DNA of 64,000 nt from Mobula hypostoma (taxonomy: Eukaryota): NCBI RefSeq assembly GCF_963921235.1, contig NC_086108.1:81408001-81472000 (forward strand), written 5' to 3'. Below are positions 1-14,099 of the stretch, piece after piece. The notes beneath the pieces were generated by a model. That model had not been told where the DNA came from. It saw nothing but the letters and a program-made list of their open reading frames with translations, and did not search any database. Numbering within the stretch: the stretch's first letter is position 1; each line of letters begins with the position of its first letter. The translations under genes were made by a program, and so were the position numbers.

Positions 1-3000
1 AAAACAAAAGTTTGACGCTTGCAAACCTAGAATAAATAGATACATGAAATGCACCAGATGAAGGAAACAGAATGATCAGTTCAGAAACAATGATAAAGGT
101 TTATACAGAACATTGAAACTAAATTCAATGTGACCAATCCAGCATAGAATTACCATCAAACACAGAGGTTATAAGCTTTTGGTCTACTATCTGGTCAACA
201 GGCTAACATACAATCAAGAAGCAAGCTGGATTAGGGAGGAAAAAGAATGCACCCACACAATTGAAGACCTGCAAACACCTGAAGTTACAATGGATTTGTT
301 AGAAGTGGTTATAAAAAGTATGCACAACTAGAGAAGTACTGGCAGTGATAATATGCATAATTATTGGTGTAAAAACATTACTTGCCTTCACCTGTACCTA
401 TTAATACCTATCAACAATTGTCTTAAAAGTCATGAAAAAGTATCAGAATTTTAGACAGAAGGTAAACAATATATCTTACCTGCAGGAAAAATCATAAATG
501 ATCTATCAAAATATCATTCTATTACTTGTTTACAAACTATATATAAATTTGTAACATCATGCATCATGCAATTAATCACCACTCACATGGATAATTATAA
601 CATACAGTACTTACAGAAGAGTAGAAAGGATGCTGTAAGCGTCTGAAAGGATGTAAAGAACAAATGGTAACAAATTCTGTATTTCTAAATCAAGCTCAGG
701 GGAAAAACAGAAATCTTTTACGTTGTTATATTAACCACCAAAAAGCACTTGATTCTGTCCCACACTCATGGTTAATAGAAATTTGCAATTATATATAAAC
801 TACACCCAATACTCATGACATTCCTACAGCATCTGATGAAGCATTGGTGTACAATAATCACCCTGTCTATTAATAACCAAAAGAGAACAACCACTGTTAT
901 CAAAATAAACCGAGGCATTTTCCAGGGTGACTCTCCAAGCCCACTATGGTTTTGTCTAGATTTAAACTCACTCTCTAGTTCACTGAATCAACAAAAATAG
1001 GGTATCAAATCAGAAACAACCAAATAAGTTATACCTTGATACCCCTTCTTTGATTTGAAATTATACACTTCCTCATCAGTAAAGCTAAAGCAATTAATTC
1101 AAATAGTGGAAGTATTTACAAAATATATAAACATGAACTTTGGATTAGATAAGTGCAGAATATTAAACATAAAGGTGCAATAGAACTTGTAGAATATAAA
1201 ACAGAGCAGCAAGATACAATACAACTGCTGGATGAATATAAAACATACAAGTATCTGTGATATCAACAAGCAAAGAAAATAGATCATAATGTGGTAAAGG
1301 GAAAACTTTTGATATAATTTACTTTAAGAAAACCTGCCAAACAGAGCTCAGTAGTAAAAATATAACAAATGCAGTAAACACTTTTGCCATGTTCATATTA
1401 ATGTATTCTTTTGGCATAATATCTTGGTTCGAAACTGATCTGGAAAATTTACAAAGGAAAATAAGAACTGAAGTGACCAATTTTAGAAAACACTAAGTAC
1501 TCTCAAACACACTCAAGACTACCTAGGACAGAAGGGGGAAGAGGAATAACAGATATTAAAAATATTTAAACAACAGCTGGATAAAACTTCTAAGGATTTA
1601 TTTTCATCAATGAAAACAGGATTCAGCACTCCAAATGAGCATATATCATTCAGATAAGAAGTACACACCACAAAACTTAAATGAACCACAACCCAGAAAA
1701 GTGAATAAATTATCACTTCAGAAGAAAAAAATGTTAACCAAGGGAAGAGCATGACCCGCCATGGAAAACATCCCCTTTATCTGAGCAGACTGGATGTCGA
1801 CTAGAAAGTGTTGAGTGCCTGGCTCAGTTTTGGAGACCTTTTTCCAGAAGCAGAGCAGTTCTTTGTGGCAATGCAGGACCAGGTGGTTAACACAAAAAAA
1901 AAAATCAAATTACTTAATAAGGAACCAACAAATTCAAGATGATAAATGCAGAAAATGTCAAGAGAAACCAGAAACAATCCAACTGATTACAGGATCCTGC
2001 AGCAGTTTAACTCAATCTGATACACAGGTAAAATCAAGTGGTAAACAGCATTCACCAAAATCTTGCTTTAAAATAGAAACTCATACAAGCCTGATGCAGT
2101 TTTAGAGTCAGAGCCCTACAAATTATATAATGACTGATCCATTATTACAGAAAGGGCAATCATAGAAACATAGAAAACCTACGGCACAATACAGGCCCTT
2201 CGGCCCACAAAGTTGTGTCGAATATGTCCCTACCTTAGAAATTACTAAACTTACCATAATCCTCTATTTTTCTAAGCTCCATGTACCTATCCAAAAGTCT
2301 GTTAAAAGACCCTATCGTATCCGCCTCCACCACTGTTGCCGGCAGCCTATTCCACACACTCACCACTCTCTGCGTAAAAAACTTACCCCTGACATCTCCT
2401 CTGTACCTACTCCCAAGCACCTTAAACCTGTGTCCTCTTGTGGCAGCCATTTCAGCCCTGAGAAAAAGCCTCTGACTATCCACACAATCAATGCCTCTCA
2501 TCATCTTATACACCTCTATCAGGTCACCTCTCATCCTCCGTCGCTCCAAGGAGAAAAGGCCGAGTTCACTCAACTTATTCTCATAAGGCATGCTCCCCAA
2601 TCCAGGCAACATCCTTGTAAATCTCCTCTGCACCCTTTCTATGGCTTCCACATCCTTCCTGTAGTAAGGTGACCAGAAATGAGCACAGTACTCCAAGTGG
2701 GATCTGACCAGGTTCCTATATAGCTGCAACATTACTTCTCGGCTCCTAAATTCAATTCCACGATTGATGAAGGCCAATACACCGTATGCCTCCTTAACCA
2801 CAAAGTCAACCTGCACAGCTGCTTTGAGCGTCCTATGGACTCGGACCCCCAAGATCCCTCTGATCCTCCACACTGCCAAGAGTCTTACTATACTATATTC
2901 TGCCATCATATTTGACCTACCAAAATGAACCACCTCACACTTATCTGGGTTGAACTCTATCTACCACTTCTCAGCCTAGTTTTGCATCCTATCAATGTCC

Positions 3001-3450
3001 CACTGCAGCCTCTGACAACCCTCTACACTATCCACAACACCCCTAACTATAATAACCAGAAGGATATAATATCTATAATAACCATAAAGATATAATATTA
3101 CAGGATAAGCAAGCAAACTTACTTGATAGATACAGCCATTCCAAACACACACAACATACTGAAATCAGTGAGTGAAAAATACCAGAAACATATTGAATTA
3201 AAAGAGGAAATTGAAAGACCATGGAACATGAACCGGGCATATATTGTCCCAATAGTAATACCAACAACTGGTATCATCCCAAAGTCACTACACAATTAGG
3301 CCCAGACAGCAATATTTAGGTAAATCTCCAGAGAACCACAATACTAAACACTACTGGAATAGTTCCCAAAAGTTCCTAGCAATTGAGAAAAGAGTGTGCT
3401 TGGTAATGCTCGTACCTCTAAGCTGAAAAAAGTACAATAATAATAAATAA
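1..3450 (+). mobile_element. Decayed R4/Dong-like non-LTR retrotransposon (RT, CCHC knuckle, restriction-like endonuclease); runs off the left edge and is split by a CR1 at 2161-3046
   Basis: Frameshifted motifs: EE*KGC..GCKEQ (~615-665), QKALDSVPHSWL (~740-775), RGIFQGDSPSPLWFC (910-955), CRKCQEKPETIQLITGSC (1945-2000), LIDTAIP..EKYQK..ELKEEIE (3120-3220). Ends in a TAA-rich tract (~3436-3450). The YMDD region near 1050 appears deleted. Confidence 0.85.
2161..3046 (-). mobile_element. 5'-truncated CR1 LINE inserted in the R4/Dong endonuclease region
   Basis: ORF 2235-2933 carries the CR1 ORF2 C-terminus (HLEYCAHFWSP, ERVQRRFTRM, FFTQRVVSVWN). A (TTTCTATG)n-type tail reads catagaaacatagaaa at 2161. 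Confidence 0.95.
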
Positions 3451-3799
3451 GAAATAAAAATCAAGAATATGAGACGGGGAATCCCTGAAAGCAAGCCCAT
3501 ACATTGTGGGATCAGTGATTCATGATTTAGCATCTCTGTGAATTGAGAAACAGTTAACACTTCACTCATCATCAAAACATCACATTGTCTGTACTGCAGA
3601 ATTTCTCCAGTATTTACTCTTTCCACTTCAGATTTCCATGTCTGAAGTTATTTTCTTACTTTCAGTTTGGATGTGTAGTAGAGTTTTATTTCAGTGTGAT
3701 CTGATTCGCAATAGTGAGCACTTCTGGATCAAATCACGCTGCTCCAGAAAGCTGAGTGAACACTGGCACAACTTGAGCGTCATTGAGTGGGGGAGCCAT

Positions 3800-4100
3800 A
3801 CAGTGCAAAAGCAGGACCTTCAACCCAATGCATCTTTACTGACCACAGTGTCAATCCAAGCTAGTCCCACTTAACTCTAAACCTCTTCTATCCATATACC
3901 TGTCTCAATGTCTTTTAACTATGTCAATTGTACCCACCTCTACAGCTTAATTTGACAGCTCATTCTGTTCACCCACTACTCTCTGCATGAAAATGTTTTC
4001 ACTCGGGTCTCTTTTAAATCTTTCCCTTCTTACCTTAAATCAAGAGCCTATAATTTTTAACACCCCCTACCATGGGCAAAAGATTGTGACCATCTACTTT
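3800..4100 (-). mobile_element. Old CR1 3' fragment
   Basis: Degenerate similarity to other CR1 3' ends in the window (tccatatacctgtc..cacccactactctctgc..accttaaat). Confidence 0.6.
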
Positions 4101-5994
4101 ACAACATTAATTGTCCAAGGTACATCATTCCCTTGGCAATGCACCTTTTAGAATCTTATAGGTGAAGTTGCTTCAGAAGCAACTAGCACAGGGCTTATCT
4201 TCTAACCAACTTGTCCATTTTCCATCTCAGCACCTGAAGCTCATCATGCTCCTGACCTTTTCATCAACCAAAGTCCATAATGGAGGCCCATTCTCCATAA
4301 ATCTCCTCCTTCACCTCCACATCCTTGGACTCACTCTTACCTTGATTACCAACAACCACGCTTCTCCCCAACTCTGCTAATCTTAATTAATGGTTGATAA
4401 ACTCTCCCTAAACTTAATTAGTGGTTGATAACTTTCCCCATTGCTGTCACTGCCTCGTGCATACATTCGGGTGCACTAGAAATTTGATGACCTCACCACG
4501 GATTTATGTTCCTATCCCGAGTGGTACCCTGGTCAAGGATGAAGGTCTACTCTTTGTGCAGTACCTCACTTACTTTCAGCTCTATTTGTTTAATTTACTG
4601 CCAAGCCTCATTTGCTTTGCAGATTGAGCACCCACTCTACAAGTACAGTTCACTAAGTAGGTTGTACCACTGATGATTACTGTTTGCAGTCAGAATGAGC
4701 AATTAAAGCATATTGACAAAAATGAATACAGATGCTTTTGAAACTCTGGACCCCTTGAGGCATTGTGTTCCATCCTGTGTAATAGGTTGATGTTAACCAG
4801 AGGATCAGAGCTGCTGGGTTGAAAGGTTATGTATATACTGAAGCTACAGTCAGAAGCCTTGAAGACATGTTCATTTTGTTTATTTAACTAACTTATTTTT
4901 AATTACCATAGCAAGGGTCTTTTTTCATTCTGTGATTTAATGCACCATTCAGTTTGCCTGCCAAAAGCAAACATTAATACTCCCTGCATGCTGTGCGAAC
5001 CTGGGTTATGAAGATCTTACAACTGATATCTGATTCCAAAGAAACCATTCATTTTGATTTTTTGGTTGAAGATGTTTTAGACTGTAATCAGTTTTCAAGC
5101 ACTAAACCCCTCAATTTGCTGAGACACATGATAGTATTTTCAGGTTCAGAGGGCTGTGTCAGGAAATAGTGTGCATAAGGGTAGAATTATATCGAGGAGC
5201 AAGGGGAAGATCCGCAGGTGTTATGCATTCAGCTTAGCAATCTGTTTTCAATTACAGTCTTTTGCAATGGCAAATTCATTCAGAAAACATTTAGCTTTCA
5301 TTTCCGATTTTATGGCATTGAAAGAAAGCTAAGAGAGGATATAGCCTTGTACTTTGTCGTAATTTTGTTCAGACCTGTTTATCATCTCTGACAGCTCAGC
5401 GCAATATCACAGTCACAGTCATTTGTGACAGTGCAAAACTATGGGTTCGGCAGCCTTAAAATCTTGAGCAGATTTTAAGTTGGCTAAATCAGCTATGGCA
5501 TGGCAGAAAAGGTCTCAAAATGAGGTGAGACTTATTGCCTACATCAATCCCAATGCTTAGTCTGGTACCAATTTTAACAGGGCTCACCGATGAACAGCTA
5601 ATGTGTCTGCCTCTTTCAGTTGGCAGGCTTGTTTAAGTGCAAATTAGGAACCCATGACCTGCATAAGTCCCATGATCCCATACTGGAACAGAAATAGGCA
5701 GAATGTGTGCACGGCACATTCCAGTCAGCTTCACCTCCCTGTGCATTTTAAATTACTGTACATCTGTCAGGACAGAAGAAACAGGTGCCCTGGGATCCCA
5801 TGAACACACTTCAAGTCGTGCATTAAAGGCCATCCAAATGTAACATTTAAATTCAGAAAGGGCACCCATCTGAGGAAAACAGTTCATGCTTGTTTTAAAT
5901 GAGGACTGTGCAGAGGAATAACTTTGGGGCTCTCCTTCAGCAAGATGACTGGGTCAGCTGCTGCAGAGCATTGTTCAACTATCCTAATAAAAAA

Positions 5995-6553
5995 TACATT
6001 CCAAGAACAGAAAAACCTACAGAAAGTGCTAGATACAGCCCAGTACATCACAGGTAAAACCCTCGCCACCATTGAGCACAGCTAGAGAGAGCACTGCCAC
6101 AAATAAAGCTGCATCTATCACCAAGGGCCCAACCATCCAGGCCGTGCTCTCTTCTCACTGCTGCCATCAGAAGAGAGATACAGGAGCCTTGGGTCCCACA
6201 CCACCAGGTTCAGGAGCAGTTAGTACCTCTTAACCATCAGGAGCCTGAACAAGCATGGATAACTTCATTCACCTCAACTCTGAACTGATTCCACAACCCA
6301 CGGACTAACTTTCAAGGACTCCACAACTCACATTCTCAGTATTATTTATTTATTAATTATTATTATTATTATTTTATTTGTACAATTTGTTTTCATTTGC
6401 AGAGTGGTTGTTTATCAGTCTTTGCGTGTAGTTCTTCACTGAATTTTTCAATTGAATTTTTTGTTCTACTGTGAATCACCGCAAGAAAATGAATCTCAGG
6501 ATAGTATATGGTGACATATATGTACTTTGATAATAAATTTACTGAACTTTGAA
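5995..6553 (+). mobile_element. Rex1/Babar LINE 3' fragment
   Basis: Coding relic LQKVLDTAQYITG..HPGRALFSLLPS..TTRFRSS. Tail ataataaattt..gaactttgaa. Confidence 0.8.
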
Positions 6554-6949
6554 GCTCTTCATATCTGGAACCTGCCTGTGAATAATAGAATGATAGAAGA
6601 TATTGTCAATCATCTGATTGTAAGGAAGCAATGCTGGATTGATATTTGAACAATTCTAATCACAATTGATTCTAATCACATTTAACCAGCGATATCCTAA
6701 AGAGCACCTGTAATGTTGTAGATATGTGTGTACTATGGCACATAATTGAACAATATAATTCTGCATGTTATACTTGATCTTCCTGGCAATGGGTGCTTTG
6801 CAATGGGATTGCTTGAATAACATGAAAAGCATTCTGCTTCCTCTGCAGATGGAATGCCAGCTTTTTGCAAGGGGGTCAGACACTTCTGAAATATTGCAAA
6901 TAGCTTGATTCCCATAATTCTGGAAGTATGTACATCATCAGTTTATGGT

Positions 6950-7340
6950 CAAAACAGCAAGTTCACTAGACTGATTCCTAGGATGAGAAGGATGTCTTGT
7001 GAGGAAAGATTGAGAAGGATATGGTTTTATTTTCTGGGGTTCAGAAGAATGAGAGAAGTTCTGACAAGTTCTTTCCCATTGCTGGAGCGTCCAAGGCTAG
7101 GTAACGTTATCTCAGAATAAGGGGTTGGACATTTATTACAGTGGTAGAGGAATTCCTTTCTCAGTTAGCTGTGCATCTTTGTAATTCTCAACCACAAGGA
7201 GCTGTGGATGCTTAGTCTCTGAGTACGTTCTAAACTAAGACTGATGAATTTTTGGAAACCAGAGGTACCAAAGAATTTGGAACTAGTTGGGAAACTGAGG
7301 TTAAGATGCAAAATTAGCTACAATTTTATTGATTGATGGG
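6950..7340 (+). mobile_element. Old CR1 3' fragment
   Basis: KFTRLIPRMRRMSCEERLRR..LGFRRMR in ORF 6905-7120. Confidence 0.7.
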
Positions 7341-7724
7341 GTCGTTTTGAATTATATATACTGTGTCATGATGTAATCAGCAAACATGTCCAAGCAGCTT
7401 GCAGTGTGGTTATAGGAGCAGAGGGTAGACAGATAAGGAGTAGAGGCCATTGCAAGCTTGCCATGTACAAATTGAAGCTACAGTCAGGGGTTAAGATGAA
7501 ACTTGGTTAAGGAGTTTTAGCCATGTTTAGAGTCGGATGATCAAGTCAAAGATTAGATGAGGAAGTCTGGGGACAATAGGGTTTGGAGGATGAATGCCCC
7601 TATAGGGGCAAGCATGATTGCCCCTATAGTTCTCTCAAACTCTCTGGCTACAATCTCCCACAAACTCCCCATTGTAGTAGCAAATCTCCAAAACATATGA
7701 GAAATGTTCATTTCTACTCTGAGC

Positions 7725-7950
7725 TCAAAGAATGTGCTTAAAGCTTCCTTGGGAAAATGCTGCATCCACTGACTCCTGGAATCTCTGGCCTATAACTTCA
7801 TAAAGTGGAGAAAGTGTGTTTGAGGTGAGACTGAGATCATTGAGGCCTTGCACTGGAAGGACATAGAAGCCCTATATATGCGATTGAAGAAGCATACCAC
7901 CTCAAAAACTGCCTACACCTATTAGGCTCCCATCTTTGCCCAATTGCCAC
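7725..7950 (+). mobile_element. RTE (BovB-like) LINE C-terminal relic
   Basis: aagaatgtgcttaaagcttccttgggaaaatgc..ctcctggaatctctggcc..aagtggaga reads as KNVLKASL.KC..SWESLA..KWR, resembling the RTE ORF C-terminus. Confidence 0.55.
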
Positions 7951-9099
7951 TTAAGAACACACAAAACTGTAGTGGAAACAGGTAATCTTGTGTCCAGAAG
8001 GACTGCCTACGGAACCTTGACAGTGTATAAGTACTTATCATGCTTCCCATTGCATGTCAAGAAGACATGCAGAATCCTTGCAGAGCCTTGATTAGCCAAG
8101 AAACTACTATACAAACTGCATCAATCATTCAAGTTTTTGAATACTTCATTTTAACTTTCTTTATGTCCAACCTTAAATATACTTAAGAATGTGTTTTGCA
8201 TAATATCATGGAACTTAGGAACGTTTCTGGGCAAAGTTGGTTCACATCATACCTTAGCTTTTGATTCTAGCGAAAAGAACTTTGTGCATGTAGGGACAGA
8301 AGCAATCCTATTGTACAATCTGGTGAAATGGGACCCTAACATTGCGGATATTATGGTAATGTAAACCTAGGTTGTTGAATACTAGTTGATCATCTAATTT
8401 GCTCACTTGTTGAACTAGTTTAAAGATTTACCCCTACGATGGACTGACATAATTTGCCTTTGCGCTTATGTTTGCTAAATGACTCAGTGCTGAGTAAAGT
8501 AACTCCAAGGCAAATGACTAACAGGGCGGTGTAATATTTGGGACAAGCATCTCTCTGTCTGCAGCTACACCCATTCAAACGCTTGGCTCCTTTTCTTTCA
8601 TCTTCAATCATAAAAGTCCCTTAGATTTTTAAGGTCTTTTAACAGCTATGTTATCTTATACCTTTTATAAATTAGTCATTGAATTGGCACTGCTATCCAT
8701 TAAAGAATGCAACAGCTTTTACTGATTTTTCTTTCAAGATCACAATCAAGAGGTGCAGTCAAGGAGTTTTACTTGACAAACACATTTTCTTTTAAAATGC
8801 TCCTGATTAGAAGCAGGAGCATTACATGAACTCACATGAAACCATTTGTCTTTCTTTATTGTTGATCAATAACAAATAGATCATCAGCTATTTCTAAAAC
8901 AACATTTAAGGTATTATTTTTAGAAGTTGTAATACTGATACAGATTTTTCAGTGCTTGGAGATGGATCAATTCTATTTGATTCAGTTCCAGTCTTTTTCT
9001 GCCTTGAAGTATTGGATTTTGGCTGCAGTTTGTAAAAAACAGATTTATTTTAGGTTATAAAAGCCAAATACCATTAACAAATACTCTCAGTGACTTCTT

Positions 9100-9372
9100 A
9101 ACTTTATCTCCCCTCCCTCCCCACCCACCTTCCCGACACTCCATCCCTCGCCTCACCTGATTTCATCTATCACCTGCCAACTTTACTCCTTTCCCCCCCT
9201 CCACCTTCTTAGTCTGGTTTCCTCACCCTTCTTTTTCAGTCCTGAGAAAGGGTCTTGGCCCAAAGCATAGGAATTTAATTCCTCTCCATAGATGCTGCCT
9301 GATTTGCTGAGCTCCTCCAGCGCTTTTTGTGTGTGCTCTAGATTTCCAGCATCTGCAAAATCTCTTGTGTTT
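9100..9372 (+). mobile_element. Penelope-like element 3' (pLTR) relic with decayed hammerhead
   Basis: Pyrimidine tract, then cagtcctgagaaagggtcttggcccaaag and agatgctgcctg..ttccagcatctgca, homologous to 21900-22095. Confidence 0.75.
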
Positions 9373-9669
9373 ATTCTCAGTAAGTACAGGTAAAGAGTTA
9401 TTTCAGGAGATTTACTACAATTCAAATATAGCAAAATTAATGTTCGCATTTAAAGTACCTAGGTCAAACAATAAAGTACTGTGAAAATGCATGGAATATT
9501 TAAGGAGCTCATAATTAAATGAAGAAGGATGAAGAAAAGCATCATAGGTAGCATTAAAACAATGAATAGACTTTATAATAAATATAGAAAAAGCAAGCAC
9601 TAAACTGAATATGTTTCAAATGTACAATGTGGATTTTACAATGTCGGATTAATCCTTGCCAGTTCTCAG

Positions 9670-9900
9670 AATTTTTTTTTCACCCAGAGCGTTGCTAGGA
9701 TCTGAAATGCCCAAGTAGGGAGTTGAAAGTGAAACTCTCACAACATTTCTGACATATCTAGATGAGCGCTTAAATTGCCATGATACAGAAGACTACAGAC
9801 CAAGTGATGGCCATGGAATTAGTACAGAAAGAAAGTTGATCAGCTCGGACATAGTAGACCAATAATGGGCAGATTTCTAAGCTGTACCACTCTGTGACTG
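9670..9900 (+). mobile_element. Old CR1 3' end
   Basis: tttttcacccagagcgttg (FFTQSV) followed by a CR1-like 3' UTR. Confidence 0.55.
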
Positions 9901-10257
9901 CTGCAAGGAGCATAAATGCTGTGCTGCCCATTCCTTTAAATGAATGGTGCAAGCAGTACATAGCAACAATGCTATTCATTAGCTTAACACCACAGTTAAA
10001 AGCTCAAACTTACTAATTGCAAGAAAGGTTTAAAATTATCTTGTGCTTCTTAAAAGAGAGGTGCTTTGAGGCTGGAAGAGGTTGTTGGCAGGCATTCCTG
10101 AAATCAAGATGTGAGGAGGACATATTCTGACCTAGAAGGCGTTTCAGAATTGCAGTATGTAAGACAGGTTTAGATCCAACTTCTTTGGATGGAAGCCTTG
10201 GTAAAGAGGTAGGACAGATATCCTGTTCATGCGGGCATTGGAAGAGATATGGAAGAA

Positions 10258-13010
10258 AAGTTCAAAGTTTAAAGTAAATTTATTGTCAAAATACATATAT
10301 GTCACCATCTACAACCCTGAGATTAATTTTTTTGCTGGCATTCACAGTAAGTACAAGAAACACAATAGAATAAATGAAACACTGCACCCAACAGGACAGA
10401 CAAACACAGAAGTGCAAAAGGCAACAAACTCATACCACCAGGTTCAAGAACAGTTACTATCCCTCAACCATCAGGCGCTTGAACAAAAAGGGATAACTAG
10501 ACTCACTTAAGTACTCTTTCATATTTGTTATCTATTGCTATTTATTTATATCTGCATTTGCACAGTTTGTTGTCCTGTTTACAGTTACTATTCTATAGAT
10601 TGGTTGAGTATGCCCGCAGAAAAAGTATCTCATGGTTCTGTGCGGTGAAGTGTATGTACTCTGATAATAAATTTTACTTTGAACTTTGAAATTTGAATAC
10701 AAAAGGAAAAAAAGAACATAATAATAATAATAATAAATAAACAAGCAATAAATGTCAAGAAAATGAGATGCAGTGTCCTTGAGAGTGAGCCCATAAGGTT
10801 TTGGAACAGTTCAGTGATGGGGTGAGTGAAGTTCAGTGAATATTCCCCCTTTGCTTCACAAGCCTGGTTGTTGAGGGATAATAACAGTTCCTGAACCTGG
10901 TGGTGTGGGTTCTGAGGCTCCTGTGCCTCTTTCCTGATGGCAGCAGCGAGAAGAGATGTTGGGGATCATTGATGATGGATGCTGCTTACCTGCAACAGCG
11001 TTCATTGTGTATGCGTTCAGTGGTGGGGACTGCTTTACCCGTGATGGACTGGGCTTTATCCACTATCTTTTGGAGGCATTTCCATGCAAGAGTGTTGGTT
11101 GTTTCCATACCAGGCTATGATGCAACCAGTCAATATGTTCCACCACACATCTACAGAAGTTTGTCACAGTTTTAGATGACATGGCAAATCTTCACAAACT
11201 TCTAAGAAAGTGGAGGCAGTGCTGTGCTTTCTTCGTAATGGCACTTGCACGCTGGACACAGGACAGATCATTTGAAATGACAACACTGAGGAATTTGAAA
11301 TTGCTGACCCTCTCCACCTCTGATCCCCTGATCAGAACTGGCTCATGGGCCTCCAGTTTCCTCCGCTGGGTTTTTTTCTGACATTGAGTGACCAGCTGCT
11401 GTTTTACTGGCACCATCCAACCAGTGTCCCTCCCATATGCTGATTCGAAACCACCTTTGGTTCAGCCAACAATAGTAGCTTCATCAGCAAAATTAATTTG
11501 GCATTGGAGCTATGCTACAATCATATGAGTAGAGCAGGGGTCTAAGCACACAGCCTTGTGGTGCACAGGTGCTGATGAAGAAGGTGGACAAGATGTTGTT
11601 GCCAATCTGAACTGCCTGGTGTCTGCAAGTAAGGAAATCATGGATCCAGTCGCACAAGGAGGTATTGCGGCCTAGGTCTTGAAGCTTATTAATTAGTTTT
11701 GAGGGGCTGATAGTATTGAATGCAAAGGTGAAGTCAATGAAGAGCATTCTGATGTATGTATCTTCACTGCCCAGATGTTCCAGGATTGAGTGAAGAACCA
11801 ATGAAGTGGCGTCTGCTGTTGACGTATTGTGATGGCAGGCAAGTTGGAGTGGATCCAAATCCCTTCTGAGGTAAAAGTTGATATATTTCATCACCAACCT
11901 CTCAAAACACTTCACCACATTGGATGAGAGTGCTAATGGATGATAGTGATTGAGGTAGGTTAGCACGTTTTCCTTAAGCACTGGTATAATTGAAGTGGGT
12001 AGGTAGCTCCGACTGCCAAAGCAAGTGATTAAAGACATCAGTGAACATGCCAACCATTTGATCACCACAGGTCTTTAGTATTAGGCCAGGTACCCCGCTG
12101 GGCCAGGTGCTTTCTGTGGGTTCACCCTCCTGAAGGATGCTCTCATGTTGACCTCAGAGGCTAAAATTACAGAGTCATTGGGGGCTGTGAAAGTCCATGT
12201 TTTGACAGTCAAAGTGAGAATAAAAGGCGCAAAACCTGGTTGTCCCTTACATTGCTTGCTTTTACTTTATAGGAGATGATAGCATTCAAGCCCTGCCATA
12301 GTTGTCGACATTCCTCCAGGGATTCAAGTTTGGTCTGAAATTGCTACTTCACACGTGAGACGGCTTTCAGGAGATCTTACTTGAATCTCTTGTATTTTAC
12401 TTGGTCTTCAGACACGAAAACTTCTCATCTGGGCCTCATCAGATTGTGGACCTCATGATTCATCCGGGGGTTCTGGTTTGGGAAGACTCTGAATGATTTT
12501 GTGGGCACACACTCATCTACAACTGCTTTTGGTGTATTCATTCAGATCCTCTGATGAATCTTTGAATGCCTGGCCAGTCCACCAACTCAAAGCAATCCCG
12601 TATCTGCTCCTCTGCCTCCTGCGACCAACTCTTCATTGTCCTTACTTCTGGAGCCCTGCTCTTTAGCCTCTGCCTGTATGCAGGTGGGAGAAGAACAACT
12701 AAATAATGACCTTTCCCAAAATGCTCTGGTGCTGCAGGTGATACTTGGGCAGAGATTTCTTCAGACAAGCTTGACTTAAGTCTCCAACATTGATTTGAAA
12801 GGTGTCATGGTAGGCTGTTTTTCGTTTGCTGATGGCAGCACACAGAACCTCGAGTGCCTGCTTAACATCGGCCTTTGGCATCATGTAAATTGCGGACAGG
12901 ATCACAGAGGAGGACTCTCTTGGTCAGTAGAACGGTTGGTCAGTAGATGCTCCAAGTCAGGGGAACAAGAGTGTGAGAAGACCTCTGCATCTGAGCAACA
13001 CAAAGAGTTT
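10258..13010 (-). mobile_element. Rex1/Babar LINE, decayed (endonuclease end, RT, 3' tail)
   Basis: ORF 11493-12068 (KCFERLV, LDPLQ, RMLFIDFTFAFNTI, APQGCVL); 11192-11416 (VSNFKFL, KKAQHCLHFLR); 12699-12905 (IYMMP, VGDL). Tail at 10258. Confidence 0.9.
10431..10690 (+). mobile_element. Rex1 3' tail nested in the opposite orientation inside the preceding element's 3' UTR
   Basis: accaccaggttcaagaacagttac...ataataaattttactttgaactttgaa; the host UTR resumes after 10690. Confidence 0.75.
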
Positions 13011-13294
13011 ATAGTGAATGCTAGAAACCAAATACAAGGGACCAGGAGACACTGCTGCCAAAACTTAAAAGACTTTACATGCATGGTCAAGGTCACTGAG
13101 TGCATCAGCGAATGAATTATTCACAAGTATATAATAAAGCAGAGTGCAACTAAGATGAATGTTGGACTCTTACAAAGTTAGACAAGACTATTAATAAGTG
13201 GAAATAAGGAAGTCATACTGCAGAAGAAAAAAAATTCTATCTGTCTTCATGGTAAAACAGAGTTAAAATATCTCAATAACTCAATAGTATCTTA

Positions 13295-14060
13295 ATAGGT
13301 CAAATACAATGACAGAATATAGTATTAATGGTAAGACTCTTGGCAGTGTGGAGGATCAGAGAGATCTTGGGGTCCGAGTCCATAGGACACTCAAAGCTGC
13401 TGCACAGGTTGATTCTGTGGTTAAGAAAGCATACAGTGCATTGGCCTTCATCAATCATGGGATTGAGTTTAAGAGCTGAGAGGTAATGTTGCAGCTATAG
13501 AGGACCCTAGTCAGACCCCACTTAGAGTACTGTGCTCAGTTCTGGTCACCTCACTACAGGAAGGATGTGGAAACCATAGAAAGGGTGCAGAGGAGGTTTA
13601 CAAGGATGTTGTCTGGATTGGGGAGCATGCCTTATGAGAATAGGTTGAGTGAACCCGGCCTTTTTTCCTTGAAGCGACGGAGGATGAGAGGTGACCTGAT
13701 AGAGGTGTATAAAATGATGAGAGGCATTGATCGTGTGGATTGTCAGAGGTTTTTCCCATGGCTGAAATGGCTATCACAAGAGGGCATAGTTTTAAGGTGC
13801 TTGGGAGTAGGTACAGAGGAGATGTCAGGGGTAAGTTTTTTATGCAGAGTGGTGAGTGTGTGGAATGGGCTGCCAGCAATGGTGGTGGAGGCAGAAACGA
13901 TAGGGTCTTTTAAGAGACTCCTGGACAGGTGCATGGAGCTCAGAAAAATAGAGGGCTATGGGTAAGCCTAGGTAATTTCTAAGGTAAGAACATGTTCAGC
14001 ACAGATTTCTGGGCCAAAGGACCTGTATTGTGCTGTAGGTTTTCTATGTTTCTATGATTC
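13295..14060 (+). mobile_element. 5'-truncated CR1 (same subfamily as 2161-3046)
   Basis: ORF 13567-13965 (ERVQRRFTRM, RRRMRGDLIEVYK). Tail ttttctatgtttctatg at ~14040-14056. Confidence 0.95.
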
Positions 14061-14099
14061 TCTGCTTCTAACATTAGAACATCTGCTGGTAAAAGGGAG

